Origin: Felis catus
Taxonomy: Eukaryota
Reading direction: 5' to 3'
Length of the DNA stretch: 64,000 bases
Assembly: GCF_018350175.1 (NCBI RefSeq)
Contig: NC_058377.1
Span: 90,024,001 to 90,088,000, forward strand
The notes below the pieces were generated by a model. That model searched no databases. It saw only the letters and a program-made list of their open reading frames with translations, and had not been told where the DNA came from. This document shows, one piece after another, positions 26,602 to 38,975 of this stretch. Every line of letters starts with the position of its first letter. Positions within the stretch are counted from its first letter, which is position 1. Both the position numbers and the translations under genes were made by a program.

Positions 26602-29000
26602 ATGCCCGCCTCTGGGACTTCCCAGCTCCGGCCTGGTCACCAACACGAGGACCGCCCCATCCCCAGGGGCTCACCAAGGGGCTCTTCCTGCGGGTGACGC
26701 TGCCCGTGTCAGGCCTAGCCCAAGTGCCCTAGTGGAAATCCCGGGTGTGAACCTCTCTGTTTTTGTGACTATGACCATCTCTTTACAGCCACACAGACCC
26801 AACTGCCTAATGTTCACTTTCTGCTTGCCTGACTCCAGACCCCCCCCCTGGGATTTTCTCCCAGATGGTGGACTGTCCGACGCTCCCAATGATGCAGCCC
26901 AGGGCCCCCCTGGCGTTATGATAGCAGGAGGTCGGCTGAGCCACACACAGAGCCAGAGAGGATGCGTCGGCCTCTGGGGTTCCCCGTTAGGTTCTTGTGA
27001 TGCGGGGCTCACAGGTGAGAACAGGTAGTGGAGGGGTGTCCTTCCCGCCTAGTCTGTGGGGAGTGGAAGGAGGCAGCAGCCCGACCAAGCACGACTCTGG
27101 GAGTGTACCTTCCTTGTTTTAGTTTCACAATTACTGGAAAGAGTTGCCCCCCTCACGCGGGTGAGGGCCATTCTCACCCGGATCCAGATCCTACCTGCCA
27201 CCTTTGCCTTTTGGCCCAGGAGGGCTTCGGGGCTGGGGAAGTCCCCTCTTTGACAAAGCCTCAGCATTTCCCTCTCAGGCCTCCCCACCAAGCTCAAGGA
27301 ACTAACCTCCTGGGTGGAGTAGCTGGTGCCTTCATTCCTCTTTCATTTCAGACACTGAGCATTTTCCTGTTGTGGGTGAGGGGCCAGCTGATAACCAACC
27401 AATTAGTCTGTTCCTGGATTTGACTTGAATTTTGTAAATGTGCATCGTTTCAAAAGGAAGTGTTTGCAAATATTTGCACGTAGGATCTTGCACTGCTCAT
27501 TTCCAGTGGGGTGTGTCCTCAAACTAGAAAATAGCCCCCCCCCAGGAAAGGAGTCTGGAAGTTGTTCAGGGCGCAGGGGATCCGTGGTGGGCAGGGCTCA
27601 TCAGCTGCTGAGCGCCGGAAGCCACTGGACTTGAATCCAGAACGGCCTGTGTTTGTGAGTGTCACGGTCGACAGCACTGAGGCTGGGAGCCTCACTTTGC
27701 CTCGTGAGCAGAGGGTGGCAGCAAATGGAATGTCTCAATGCTTCACCATAGAGGGAGATGGGGGAAATGTGGGCAGGACCTTTTGGAGAGCTGTTCATTC
27801 CCTGTGATTAAAGAAATGCCAGAAGTGCCTGGAATTTCTAACATCTGAGCTCTCAAAATGCTATTTGGGGCAGCAGGCTTTGGTACTGTGCTGAATCCTT
27901 AACGCTGCTCCCCCAGGTCTGGGCTTTTGATCCACCTAGAACCCCTGTTCTTCTCTTTGTATCTGCCTGGTGGCCTCACTGGTAACGCATCCCGAAAAGC
28001 GAGAAGGATCCCCTGAACCCTTCTGGCACCTTTTAGGTGTGCTGTTGGTCTTTGGAAACTGTTTATGAAGTCTCAGAGACAGGAGCCAGCTTGGCCTCCA
28101 GTATGGCAGGAGGAGGCTGGGAGAGGACGAGGACAGTGTAAGCTGCCAGCAGGGGAAGAGGCCTTCTAAGCACATCGAAGCCTTGATGGCACATCCCTTC
28201 TGGGTGAAGATCTGGAACGTGACCAGAGTCATGCTTTTTTGACGGCTTCTGATTTGGAAACTTTAAGAAGTTGTCTCATTTTTATTCTTCTAAGAGAGGG
28301 TGGAAGAGAAGTGTCCAAAGGAGGTCTTCTGAGAATTTCAAACAAAAAATTATCTCTGTGTATGTGTTGGATAAAGTCCACAAATTGACTAACGTGCGTT
28401 AGCAAATAGAACGTCAGTAAGTAACAACATGATGATTTATTTAACTGATGGTGTGTGTCCTTACTGGTACACTTGGCACTTGGGACTAGTATTTATTGAT
28501 CCAGGCAAGGTAATTAATCAGGCTTGGGTTTGCTTTTTAGTTTACAACGTTCAAGATCTATATGCTTTTAAATGCCTTGTCCGTATACTAAATGCCCCTG
28601 ATGAGGACAGCAGTCATCGGTTAAACATGTCAGCTCTTAGGATGAGAATGGGAGTGTCAGTCCAGACCCACTGTACTTACTTGCTGATGACTGTTAGCCA
28701 GTTTACAACTTCACCTTTGATGTACCTGCCTGATCTCGTACTGTAAATATTTCAGACTACACACACCATTTTGTTGATGCTTATGGGCATTTTAGCCATC
28801 TGAGCTACGGCAAGAGTGATGGCTGTGTTTGCAACCACTTTTTTGCCCCTTTAGAAGATGAAGCTAGAATCTTCCAGTGGCTGAGTTCTAATGACAGGAA
28901 GCTAACACGACTCGGAGCTCTGAGTGAGCTCACAAACCAAAAACCTTTCATGTTGCCTGTTTCCAAAATAGATTCAATAAACGTCATTTTGTACACGTCC
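26602..29000 (+). other. PRR5L: PRR5L 3'UTR (inferred end)
   Basis: Runs from the stop codon to ~20 nt past AATAAA at 28976; contains a Pumilio-type TGTAAATA at 28742-28749. Confidence 0.7.
28976..28981 (+). terminator. Poly(A) signal AATAAA of PRR5L
   Basis: Canonical hexamer ~2.4 kb after the stop, followed by U/GU-rich sequence (cattttgtacac...tgctgtgt). Confidence 0.7.
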
Positions 29001-29914
29001 TCCCTGTCCCCATGCTGTGTGGCCGGACTGAATCTGCAAGCGCCACCGCCCCCAGCTCTTCATGCATCCTGTCCTCACGCTCTCTGTGCCGGCTTCCACT
29101 CCAGGATTAGGCAGCAGCCTGACCTCAGCCAGTGTCCCCTGGGTTTTGTTTGCCGTCCTCAGCTGGATCGGCAAGTCATTTCCTGGAAGGGCGGCCTGTC
29201 TGCGGAGCTTGGAAAACACTGAACAAAGTCTGGGAAGGCAAGGCCTCTTCTAAAACCAGTTTGGGCTCTTCCCGAGCCTTTAACCTGGAGGGGGACACTT
29301 AACCGTGTCTGTTCACGGACTCTCTTGTCATATGCTCCCCTCCGATCTGTTTGGCAGAGGGAATCCATAATATTTTACTCTCTGCGTGTGTTTTCCTAGG
29401 AGGGCTGGAGCAGAGTTGGACTGAGATTGAAGGCTGATTAGTAAGAGCATTCAAAGAGGTGGGACCTGAGCTGAGCATCCCGGGGGAGGGTGGGGGGTTG
29501 GGGGTTTGGGGGTGGGGGGGAGCGCATGTACATTTGTATTGAGCCTTCAGAGGCTATGTGGTGGGAAAGAGCTGCTGTATGTTGTGCCTTGGCAGATCTC
29601 TGGTCATGTCACTGGTGCACCGTCACACTCGCTCATCTATCCACCAGGAGTTTGTGGAGCGGCCACTGTGTCATAGGCGCTTGCTTTGGAGCTGGGGATG
29701 CGGTGATGGACAGCCAGGCAAGGTGCCCGCCCTCCTGGAGACAGTCTAATGGGGGAAGGTGGGCAATCGGTTCAATACAGGCGTTTCAAATAACAAAAGA
29801 CACTGGAAGAAATCAAATGCAAACCTCAGTGGCTGGGGGGTGCGATGAGAGGGCAATCCTGGGTGAGGTGGCTAGAGGAGTTCTCTCTAAAACGCCCAGC
29901 GTTATGATCTGCTT

Positions 29915-30260
29915 GTGTTTCCTGTCACTGCCATCACAAATGGCCGCCAATGGCAATGGTGTTGAGTGGCTGAAAACAACACACAGTTATCGCCTCACGG
30001 GACTGGAAGTCTGACATGGGTCTCACTGGGCTAAGATCCACGAGTCGGTAGGGCTGCGGCCCTGGCTGGAGGCTCTGGGGGAGAATCCGTCCCCTCACCT
30101 TTGCCAGCTTCTGGAAGCCGCCTGCATGCCTGGGCTCATGGGCCACCTCCTGAGGTTTCCAGGCCAGCGACGGTGGCCCTGGGATTCCATTGCCCACCCT
30201 CCCCGAGATGACACAGCATAACCTCCATCTTGAGATGTCATGGGCACTGTCTCCACTGCC
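29915..30260. mobile_element. MLT1-type (ERVL-MaLR) LTR remnant
   Basis: gtggctgaaaacaacacacagttatcgcctcac...ggaggctctgggggagaatcc...gccagcttctgg. Confidence 0.6.
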
Positions 30261-30851
30261 TGCCTGTCCCAGCAGGAGAAGGGCCACCACAGAGTGTGCT
30301 GGGGACCCTACAAAGATGAGACTGTAGTGGGCGGGCAGGTGCCTTGGCCCAGACTCCCACGCCAACCATGATTCTGGAGTCTCTTGCTCCAACCTTTCTC
30401 TGATTTCTAATCTCATTTGCTTGTCAAGCCTTCATCCTCCCCCGTCTGGACTCCTCCAACTGGGTACTCCCTGTATCTGTCTCCAGATTCCATCTCTCCC
30501 CATGCACGTCCCCAGCAGATTTTTCTAAAACGTAGTTAAAACTTCTCCCTGGCTTCCAATAAAATCCACACACTGGAACGTGACTTCAAAGTCCTTCCCA
30601 AGCTGGCCCTCCTCTGCCTTCCCGGCCTCCTTTGCTGCCCCCTGACTCCCTCCCTGTGAGGCGTCAGTCTCACTGGATGGTTCGTTGTCTTGGAAGGCGT
30701 CCTCCACGTGCACGCACCCCACCTCGTTCCTGCTGCCCCCACACCCCGGGCGCCCTGCCCACTGCTGCTCTGGGTAGACACTTCTGCCTCTACATGTGCA
30801 GGTGCCTCCCCAGGAAGGCAAGGATACGCGGGACTTGTGTTTGCATGCCTA

Positions 30852-30917
30852 GGGCTTAGCAATACAGAGAAAGTTCTAAGTCAGGGGCTTAGCAATACAG
30901 AGAAAGTTCTAAGTCAG
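30852..30917. repeat. Perfect 33-bp tandem duplication (gggcttagcaatacagagaaagttctaagtcag x2)
   Basis: Read directly. Confidence 0.97.
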
Positions 30918-31786
30918 GTGCACTGGACAATGAGATGGTAGTAATTCTGACCGCCACTCCTTCCCTCCCATGTGTTCGTACAGAAGCCCTTCATCCCCTT
31001 TCCTTTCTCTGTAGGCAGAGACCTTCCCCATGCCGCTCTCTAGAACCATGTTCCAGCTGAGGCTACGTGGTCCGGTGACCCGTGGACGCCGCTGGGGGCC
31101 AGGACCAGGCCCTTCCCTGCGGCCCGTCCCCTTCCTGCTCCAGCCGGCGGCTGCCGGTCCCTGTGGAGCTCTCGGACCCTGTCCATCAGGCTGCTGCTTT
31201 GCTCCCGAGCCAGCTGCTTCCTTCCTCGCCTGTCCCCTTTCTGTCTGTGGTGAGAGATTCCTTCAGGGCCTGAAACGTGTGCTTATTGTTGGCGGGAGGC
31301 CATCTCTTTGAAGTTCTCCTGCCAAGAAGTGAGCGGGAGGATTCCTGGCCCGTGTGCTCAGGCAAGGACCTCCCGGCCCTAACCCAAGAAAGGCCCAACA
31401 CGAGGGAGCTTCAGACTCTGCCCCGGTGTGCCAAGCACTATGCTGATCCCCACAACAACTGTGGGCGGCAGGTATCTCCCCCATTTTGCAGATGGGAAAA
31501 CCGAGGCTTGGGTTCTCCTGCCCCACGTCCAGTGGCCATCCTTCCTGTGTTCCATGAGGTGTCCTGGCTTGGTAGAGGATGAAGAGGCAGAACAGCTAAG
31601 CCAGGGGCACATTCCCTCAGCCCGCTACACAGTGGGATGGTTTCAGCGTTTCCAGGGAGCCGAGAAACAAAGCTGTGGGGGAGGGGTGGGGGGAGTGGGG
31701 GGATTCTGCCGTCCTGAACAGCTGATTTCCTGTGCAGGAAAGATTGCAGTGGGTTGTTTTGGTTTGTTTAAAAATTAGTAAGTTTT

Positions 31787-32001
31787 GGGGCGCCTGGGTG
31801 GCGCAGTCAGTTAAGCGTCCGACTTCAGCCAGGTCACGGTCTCGCGGTCCGGGAGTTCGAGCCCTGCGTCGGGCTCTGGGCTGATGGCTCGGAGCCTGGA
31901 GCCTGTTTCCGATTCTGTGTCTCCCTCTCTCTCTGCCCCTCCCCCGTTCATGCTCTGTCTCTCTCTGTCCCAAAAATAAATAAAAACGTTGAAAAAAAAA
32001 T
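31787..32001 (+). mobile_element. Young felid SINEC with 17-bp TSD taaaaattagtaagttt
   Basis: Diagnostic ggcgcagtc / tcagccaggtcacg / gggctgatggctc / gtcccaaaa; CpGs retained; TSD copies at 31769-31785 and 32002-32018. Confidence 0.95.
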
Positions 32002-32689
32002 TAAAAATTAGTAAGTTTAAATTTGGATTTAAAAGTAATATTTTAATAAGTTTAATAATTAGTATTCATTTAATAAATAATTCAGGTAATAATGTCTTCA
32101 GAGTCAATATTCAATTTAAGATACAAATTTAAAAGTCTTAGGCTTTTAAGTTTAACTCACAAATTTTATTATTCTATTTATAAGTCTAGCAGATTTTAGC
32201 ATTAATTTTGGAGGAGCCTTTGAATAATGCTTTGCTCCCATTTACAAGCCTAGCTCAGCGCTTCAAACACTTCTAAATACATTTATAAGTTTAATATTTC
32301 TTTTTTAAGTACTTCACTTTTTCTGACGGCATACAAAATCTTCCCCAATCCTAAATTCTTATAGAAACTCAGAAGTTAAACTTATGACTAAGGGAAACTT
32401 TAAATGTTTTTATACTCTATTTAAGCTTAGAAGACATCATAAAAAAAAAAACAAGTCTTAATTAATTACTCAATTATACATTTTAAAGTGGAATTATAAA
32501 ACTGTCCCTGAACAGGGCCTTATTCTCTTAAATATCATGTGTCTAAAACACCAACTATGCACAGATTCCTTCCTAACACAAAAGTCTTAGTGCTCTAGTT
32601 TGTTTTCTTTTAAATCTTCCTACACTTGAGTCTAAATCTTCTTGGTATGTTGGTTGTTAAGCTGTCGTCTCTCAGCTTCCATTCTTTTC

Positions 32690-33090
32690 TGTATTTTGGG
32701 ATGCTGGGGCTGGAAATCTAAAACCACATTTCTGCTTTGTCGGCTGGGTTCCTGTTAGGCTCTGCCTGCAGGGGGCGCTGGAGGGCTGCTGGGCAGCCCA
32801 GGGAAGGAGAAGAGACAGACTTACCCCAGTCTCCTGCCTTTGTCAACATGGCTGGTCCAATGGCAGTGGCTAGGATCAGCCTCAAGTTTTCCTCACTCTC
32901 AGAAGCGGCCTCAGACGTCTCCCTTCAGAGGCAGCAGCGCCAGCCGGCCTGGGCCCCTCCTCTAGCCCTTTCAACGTCGACCATCCCCACCTCTGTCTTT
33001 TGTGTCCCGGCTCCTAAGAGTGGTTGCTGCTCCCTGTACTCACCACGTCTGCGATTCCCCCGTGTCTCCTCTTTGCCATCTGACTTGTCC
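32690..33090. mobile_element. Old ERVL LTR remnant (LTR16/LTR33-like)
   Basis: accacatttctgctttgtcggctgggttcctgttaggctctgcc resembles recalled ERVL LTR consensus; family uncertain. Confidence 0.4.
32765..32778 (+). promoter_or_regulatory. Candidate CTCF motif CCTGCAGGGGGCGC
   Basis: 13/14 match to CCASYAGRKGGCRS. Confidence 0.45.
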
Positions 33091-34399
33091 AATACCTGAT
33101 GAACAATTTTTTGTGTGTTAAATTCTCCGTTTGGATGTTGGCGTGGCTTTTGCCCCATGATAGACCCTGACTGATAAACCACTCACTAAAGAAGACACTG
33201 ATCCTCTCAGTTAACCCAGGTTACTCATGACCGGAAATTTCCTTTGGGTATGCAATCCAGAGCCACAGACACACACAGCGATTCTTGGTCGCCCTGACCT
33301 AAGGACACCACGACATCTTTTCAGGTAACTTTGGTGACTGTTCCTCTGCATCCTTGAGTTTACTGGTGAAGCATATTTGACTCTTGTCAGAATCCCCAAG
33401 AGATACTGGATGCTATTTCTGGTGGCTTACTCAGTGACTTCATAACCCTAAGAGAAGTGATCTAGTAGGCAATTGCCTTATCCAGTTGCCTCGTTCTTTG
33501 GTCTCCCTTCGGAAATATGACCCTCTCACCAAGCCACTCATTAAATTCGTTCTCATTTTCCATGATCTTTTGGCCTAGGTCTGGTCCTCTGAGAAGAATC
33601 CTAAGCAATATAAATACCTTGTACCTACTAGGCTCCTGAATTCTTGCATGTTCTCAGGGCCGCGTAACTTAACAGATGCCTAAACTTCAGTCTGAGATGA
33701 ATGAAACATCTCAGATAGCTTTGTCTGGGAGCCAACTTACGAGGTCATCTCCCTCCCCGTTGACTGAACTAGGATCAAGTCAGTTGCCTGCCAACGGAAA
33801 CTTCTGGTGTCCACTCTAAGGCCGTGGTGAGAAGGGCTTAATAGATGAAAGTACGGTAACACTTCTGCTTCTGGCCAGAGGGCAATGGCTTGTATCAGAT
33901 TAATCTTTCTGTCAAAATAATTATAAAAGCTGGACACAATATGTAGGGTAACCGTTTGAAGGAACTGAAGAGCACTGGGTGCAAGTCCACGTGGCTATGA
34001 TCCCTGAGAGAAGCAAAATGCACAGTCATCCCGGTTTTTCCCAAAGGCATTTTCCCAGATCACGGGCGGGGTGGGGAGGGGAGGAGTGGGTGATAGCAGA
34101 GAACTGCAGTCTTACTGGGCTGAGATCAGAGGTGAAGGCTGCCAGAGGAGCTGGAACTCGAAGGGAGAAAGATGGAGAGGAGCAAATGAAAAATCTGCAA
34201 ACGTGTTTCCCTCAAGTTATTGTCTGACTCCTAAGCTGAGCATGCCGGGAGAATTCCAGGGAACCAGCTGAGAACAGAAGCTGGGAACTAAAGAGCTGAA
34301 CGGATTTCACCTGCTGCATAATGCGGAGGAGCCAGAGGCCTGAGTCCCACCGAGGGGGAGGAGCTTTGGCAAACCTCCTGGACTTTGGGTTGAGAACCC

Positions 34400-34643
34400 A
34401 GAAAGGAAACACGGTAGCAAATGGTAGACGTAAACACAAGTACAGCAGTAATTACATTAAATGTAAATGGGCTAAAGACTCCAATGAAAAGATGAAGATG
34501 GTCACATCAGATTAAAAAATAACAATAGGCTGCTTATAAGAGACATAACTTCAAATATTGGGACACAGAAATATTGAAAATTTAAAAGATGGAAAAACAT
34601 ATACCATGTAAACAATAACTAAAGAAATTTGGTGTTGTTAATT
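34400..34643 (+). mobile_element. Ancient L1 ORF2 endonuclease N-terminal fragment
   Basis: attacattaaatgtaaatgggctaaagactccaatgaaaaga = ITLNVNGLKTPMKR (L1 EN ITLNVNGLNxPIKR); degenerate downstream. Confidence 0.7.
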
Positions 34644-34661
34644 TAGAGTCATGCATATTTC

Positions 34662-34868
34662 TTTTTTTTTTTAAGTTTATTTATTTTGAGAGAGAAAGAG
34701 TGCATGTTCATGTGAGTGGGGGGGAGGTAGAGAACGAGAGGGAGAGAGAGAATCCCAGACGCCTCACTGCTGCCAGTGCAAGCCTGACTCCGGGCTCGAT
34801 CCCATGAAATTGACCTGCGCTGAAACCAAGAGTCAGACACTGAATTGACTGGGCCACTCATGTGCCTC
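34662..34868 (-). mobile_element. SINEC with 18-bp TSD tagagtcatgcatatttc
   Basis: TSD copies at 34644-34661 and 34869-34886. Confidence 0.92.
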
Positions 34869-35440
34869 TAGAGTCATGCATATTTCATAAAAGGATGATT
34901 CAATAAATAATACATTATCGTTTATTGGTCATCAACTATATGCCAAGTACCACAAGTATTTCATTCATTGTTGTGTGTAATCATCTGAGTGATTTTATGA
35001 AGTAAATTTTATCATCCCCATTAGACCAGGAAATTGAAGCTCAGAGAGACAACCATTTTCCTAAGGTCACACAGCTAGAAAATGGTAGTGAAGATTCAAA
35101 CCTAGTTCTGTCTGACCTCTTGCCAAAGGGCTTGAATCACAGCTCTGCTGCCTGTGGTGTGCTTTCTCGAACCAGTTGGAGAGGGCCCCTGAGGGCACAG
35201 GAGACCATTTCAACACAAGCGGACTATGGGTACTGCTGGGATGCTGGACTGGAAAGCCTTCAAGAACTAAGACCCTTAGATTTTCTGTCACACACTCTCA
35301 CACTTTATGAATGTGCTGCTCTTCTATACACATGGTCTCCAAGCGGTACAGAGACTTTCCAATTCATGGGCTACTGCAGCCTGATTCTTTGAATTTCTCA
35401 GTCCAAATTCTCGAGAACCTCGTGTAGTTTAAGAATCATG

Positions 35441-35667
35441 GGGGCGCCTGGGTGGCTCAGTCGGTTGGACATCTGACTTCAGCCTAGGTCATGATCTCAC
35501 AGTGTGTGAGTTCGAGCCCTGCATCGGGCTCTGTACTGATGGCTCAGAACCTGGAGCCTGCTTCCAATTCTGTGTCTCCCTCTCTCTCTGCCCCTTCCCT
35601 GCTCATGCTCTGTCTCTCTCTGTCTCAAAAATAAATAAAAACATTAAGAAAAAAAAATTAAAAAAAA
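35441..35667 (+). mobile_element. SINEC with TSD aagaatcatg
   Basis: TSD copies at 35431-35440 and 35668-35677. Confidence 0.92.
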
Positions 35668-36390
35668 AAGAATCATGTATCCACTCCCGATTTGATCAGC
35701 TGCCTGCTGCTCAGGAGCGCCATCTTATCTGGTTTTAGGTTTCGAGCTTTTCAATCCTTTGGAGTTGAAGGGGAGGGTTCGGCGGTTCTCAAGAGGAGAG
35801 ACTCACCTACTCCATGATGAAGTCATGCCGTTGTGGGTGGGTGGGAATCAGAGTCGAAAACCCCCAGAGAATCCTTCCCAAGCCACTGCTAGCTCTGGTC
35901 TTCACCTAAAACACAAAGATGCCTGGAGTGGGGGGGGGGGGGACAGATAGCAGGATCAGGCAGAAGAGGCTGGGGGAGCCCCAAGAGAGAGTGGGGGACA
36001 GATGGGCCCATCGTTAGGGTGGGAGGGGAAGCTGGAGGCAGCCATGAAATGAAGCATTCTCTGAAGTGGGCAGTCTGGGCTGCAGCCCCTCTCTGCCCTC
36101 GAGCTCCAGGGGTATTTCCCTCAGAGGGTATTGTCACCAGTTGCCACTTCCCTTACTACCTGGGCAGGTGCATCTGGAAAAGCCTACAGAGAAAACAGGC
36201 TGAAGTTTGGGGCATAATGTGCTGTGGTGATGGATAGTCAGGATGACGTAGGGGCCCCAAGTGTCTTCTAAGCTCCTGGGACTCCAAGGATAATTCTGTA
36301 GCAAGTAATTACAACATTTAGTACTTATTTAGGACCTGCTATGGCCAGGTGCTAGTGTAGTCTTTGCTCTCTCTCTATTAGCTCATTTAT

Positions 36391-37052
36391 TTTTTTTTTA
36401 GTGTTTTTTTAATGTTTATTTCTGAGACAGAAACAGAGCATGTGGGGGTGAGGGGCAGAGAGAGAGGGAGACACAGAATCCGAAGTAGGCTCCAGGCTCT
36501 GAGCTGTCAGCACAGAGCCTGGCACGGGGCTCGAACTCAAACCGCGAGATCATGACCTGAGCCGAAGTCGGTTGCTCAACCGACTGAGCCACCCAGGTGC
36601 CCCTCATTTATTTTTTTAATGTTTATTTATTTACTTTTGAGAGAGAGAGAGAGCACAAGCAAGGGAGGGACAGAAAGAGGCAGACACAGAATCTGAAGCA
36701 GGCACCAGGCTCCTAGTTGTTAGCTTAGAGCCTGAAGCAAGGCTTGAACTCATGAACTGTGAGATCATGACCTGAGCCAAAGTTGGAAACTCAACCTACT
36801 GAGCCACCCAGGCGCCCCTCTCTATTACCTTATTTATTTATTTTTTATTTTTTTAATGTTTATTTGTTTTTGAGAGAGAGAGAGAGCAGGGGAGGGGCAG
36901 AGAGGGAGGGAGACAACAGAACCTGAAGCAGGCTCCAGGCTCTGAGCAAGCGGTCAGCACAGAGCCCGACGCGGGGCTCGAACCCACAAACTGTGAGATC
37001 ATGACCTGAGTCAAAGTTGGAAGCTCAACTGACTGAGCCACCCAGATGCCCC
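36391..37052 (-). mobile_element. Three tandem same-orientation SINECs (~36391-36602, ~36617-36818, ~36840-37052)
   Basis: Three heads and three T-rich tails separated by copies of the same target sequence. Confidence 0.92.
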
Positions 37053-37293
37053 TCTATTATCTCATTTAAACCTTAGAACAACCCAGAAGCGTAGACACCA
37101 TTATTATTCACATTCTACATATAAAGAAGCTGAAGCACAGAGAAGGTAAATAACTTGCCCCCGAGGCCAGGGAGCTAGAAACTGGCAACAGCAGAATGTG
37201 AACTCAGGTTGTCCAGCTCCAGAGGCCTTGCTTTTAACCGTGATACGCTCTTCCTCTACTCTTTGGAAAATGTAACCTAAATTACCCAGCAGA

Positions 37294-37500
37294 GGGCAGC
37301 TGGGTGGCTCAGTCGGCTCAGAGTGTCCGACTTCGGCTCAGGTCATGATCCCATGGTTGGTGCGTTTGAGCCCCGTGTCGGGTTCTGCGCTGACAGGGAG
37401 GAGCCTCCTTGAGATTCTGTCTCCCTCTGTCCCTCCTTCTCCCCCTGCCCCTCCTCTCCTCTGCTTACACGATCTCTCTCAAAAAAAAAAAAAAAAAAGG
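37294..37500 (+). mobile_element. SINEC
   Basis: Head gggcagctgggtggctcagtcgg, CT tract and A tail; taaattacc on both sides. Confidence 0.88.
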
Positions 37501-38009
37501 TTTAAATTACCAAGGAGAATTACAGTCACTGAGAAAAGCAAGAGCTTGCCGGGCAGCCCCTTGGAACTCCTGGTTTCCCAGAGGGAAGTTGTTCTACTTG
37601 AGAGAAGTTCCCTCTGTGAGGCTCCCCACCCGCGTGTGTGAGGCACATTGAGGCTAGGCCTCCAAAACCTGCCGCCTGAGAGCCAGTGAGCACATGGGGG
37701 GGGGGGGCCGAGTCCACAGACAATCCAGACAGACCTCTGTCTCCTCTGTCACCCTCATGTCACTGCTGTCAGTCAGACCTTTGTCGATGCCCAGCAAAAC
37801 GAGCTGGGTGACCCTTCACAAGTTACTTAACCTTTCTTCTCTTCTGTGAAATGCAGCTAATTATGCCTGTCTTGCAGGATTCGAGAAAAATAATAATATC
37901 TAGACACATGCATATGCACACACACCCATATATACACACATACATATGTGTGTGCATAGGGCATAGAAAAGGTTTAGGCTGTCTCTGGGTTAGGTGAAAT
38001 CATGACTAT

Positions 38010-38975
38010 TCTTGGCAGCCATGATGTGTAATAACCAGAAACCAGAAGCAACCTACACATCTGTCGACTGATGAGCGGGTAGATAAACGAGGTGTATCCA
38101 CACACTCAAGTTCTATTTGGCACTGAAAAAGGAACAAACTATGGACGCGTGCTACGTCACGGACAGCCTTCAAAAATGTGACGCTGGGTAAAAGAAGGCA
38201 GACCCAGAACGCCACATTTGTGTGACTCCATATATACGTAACGTGCAGAAAAGGCAAATGTTTAGAGAGAGAAGGTAGATCGGTGGTTGCCCTGGGGGTG
38301 GAGTGGGAATGGGCACCAGGGATCCTGCACAGAGATGAAAACTCCCTAAAACTGATTGATGCTACTGCTGCATCACTGGGTAAAGTTACAAAAAGCGACC
38401 TGAACTGTACCTCTGAGGTTGCGGGGGTTTCTTTTTTTTTTTTATTGTGGCAAATGTACAGAGCCTGAACTTTGCCACTCTGATAACTTTGGGATGTACA
38501 CTTCGCTGGCATTAAGTACGTGCGCATCGTTGTACAACCATCACTGACATCCACCCTCGGAACGTTTTCATCCTCCCCAACTGAAACTGTGTCCCAGTCA
38601 AGCAGAAACCCCCCTCTCAGCTCCCCACGGTCCCTTACTCTCTTTGAATCTGACTAGTCTAGACACCTCAGGTCAGTGGAATCACACGGTATTTGTCCTT
38701 TGTGACTGCCTTCCTTTGCTTAGAATAATGTCTTCAGGGTTCATCTATGTTGTCGCACGTGTCAAATTATCCTTCCTTATTNNNNNNNNNNNNNNNNNNN
38801 NNNNNNNNNNNNNNNNNNNNNNNNNNNNNNNNNNNNNNNNNNNNNNNNNNNNNNNNNNNNNNNNNNNNNNNNNNNNNNNNNNNNNNNNNNNNNNNNNNNN
38901 NNNNNNNNNNNNNNNNTGACATGTGTGGACTTTATGATACGTAGCACATATCTCAATAAAGTTATTTTAAAATAA
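38010..38975. mobile_element. Old L1M 3' end on + (38010-38420 and 38917-38975) interrupted by an L1MB-like 3' end on - (38425-38781)
   Basis: Typical L1M 3'UTR motifs (aaaaggaacaaact...gcctt-caaaaatgtgacgctgggtaaaagaag; gtggaatcacacggtatttgtcctttgtgactg; terminal ctcaataaag). Confidence 0.75.
38782..38916. other. Assembly gap (135 N)
   Basis: Run of N inside L1 remnants. Confidence 1.

Noticed and set aside
31617-31973. Recurring ORFs such as GQRETEHERGRGRERGRHRIGNRLQA (also 60871-61158) and WVAQSVK...AQVMIS
   Set aside because: These are translations of SINE sequence, not genes.
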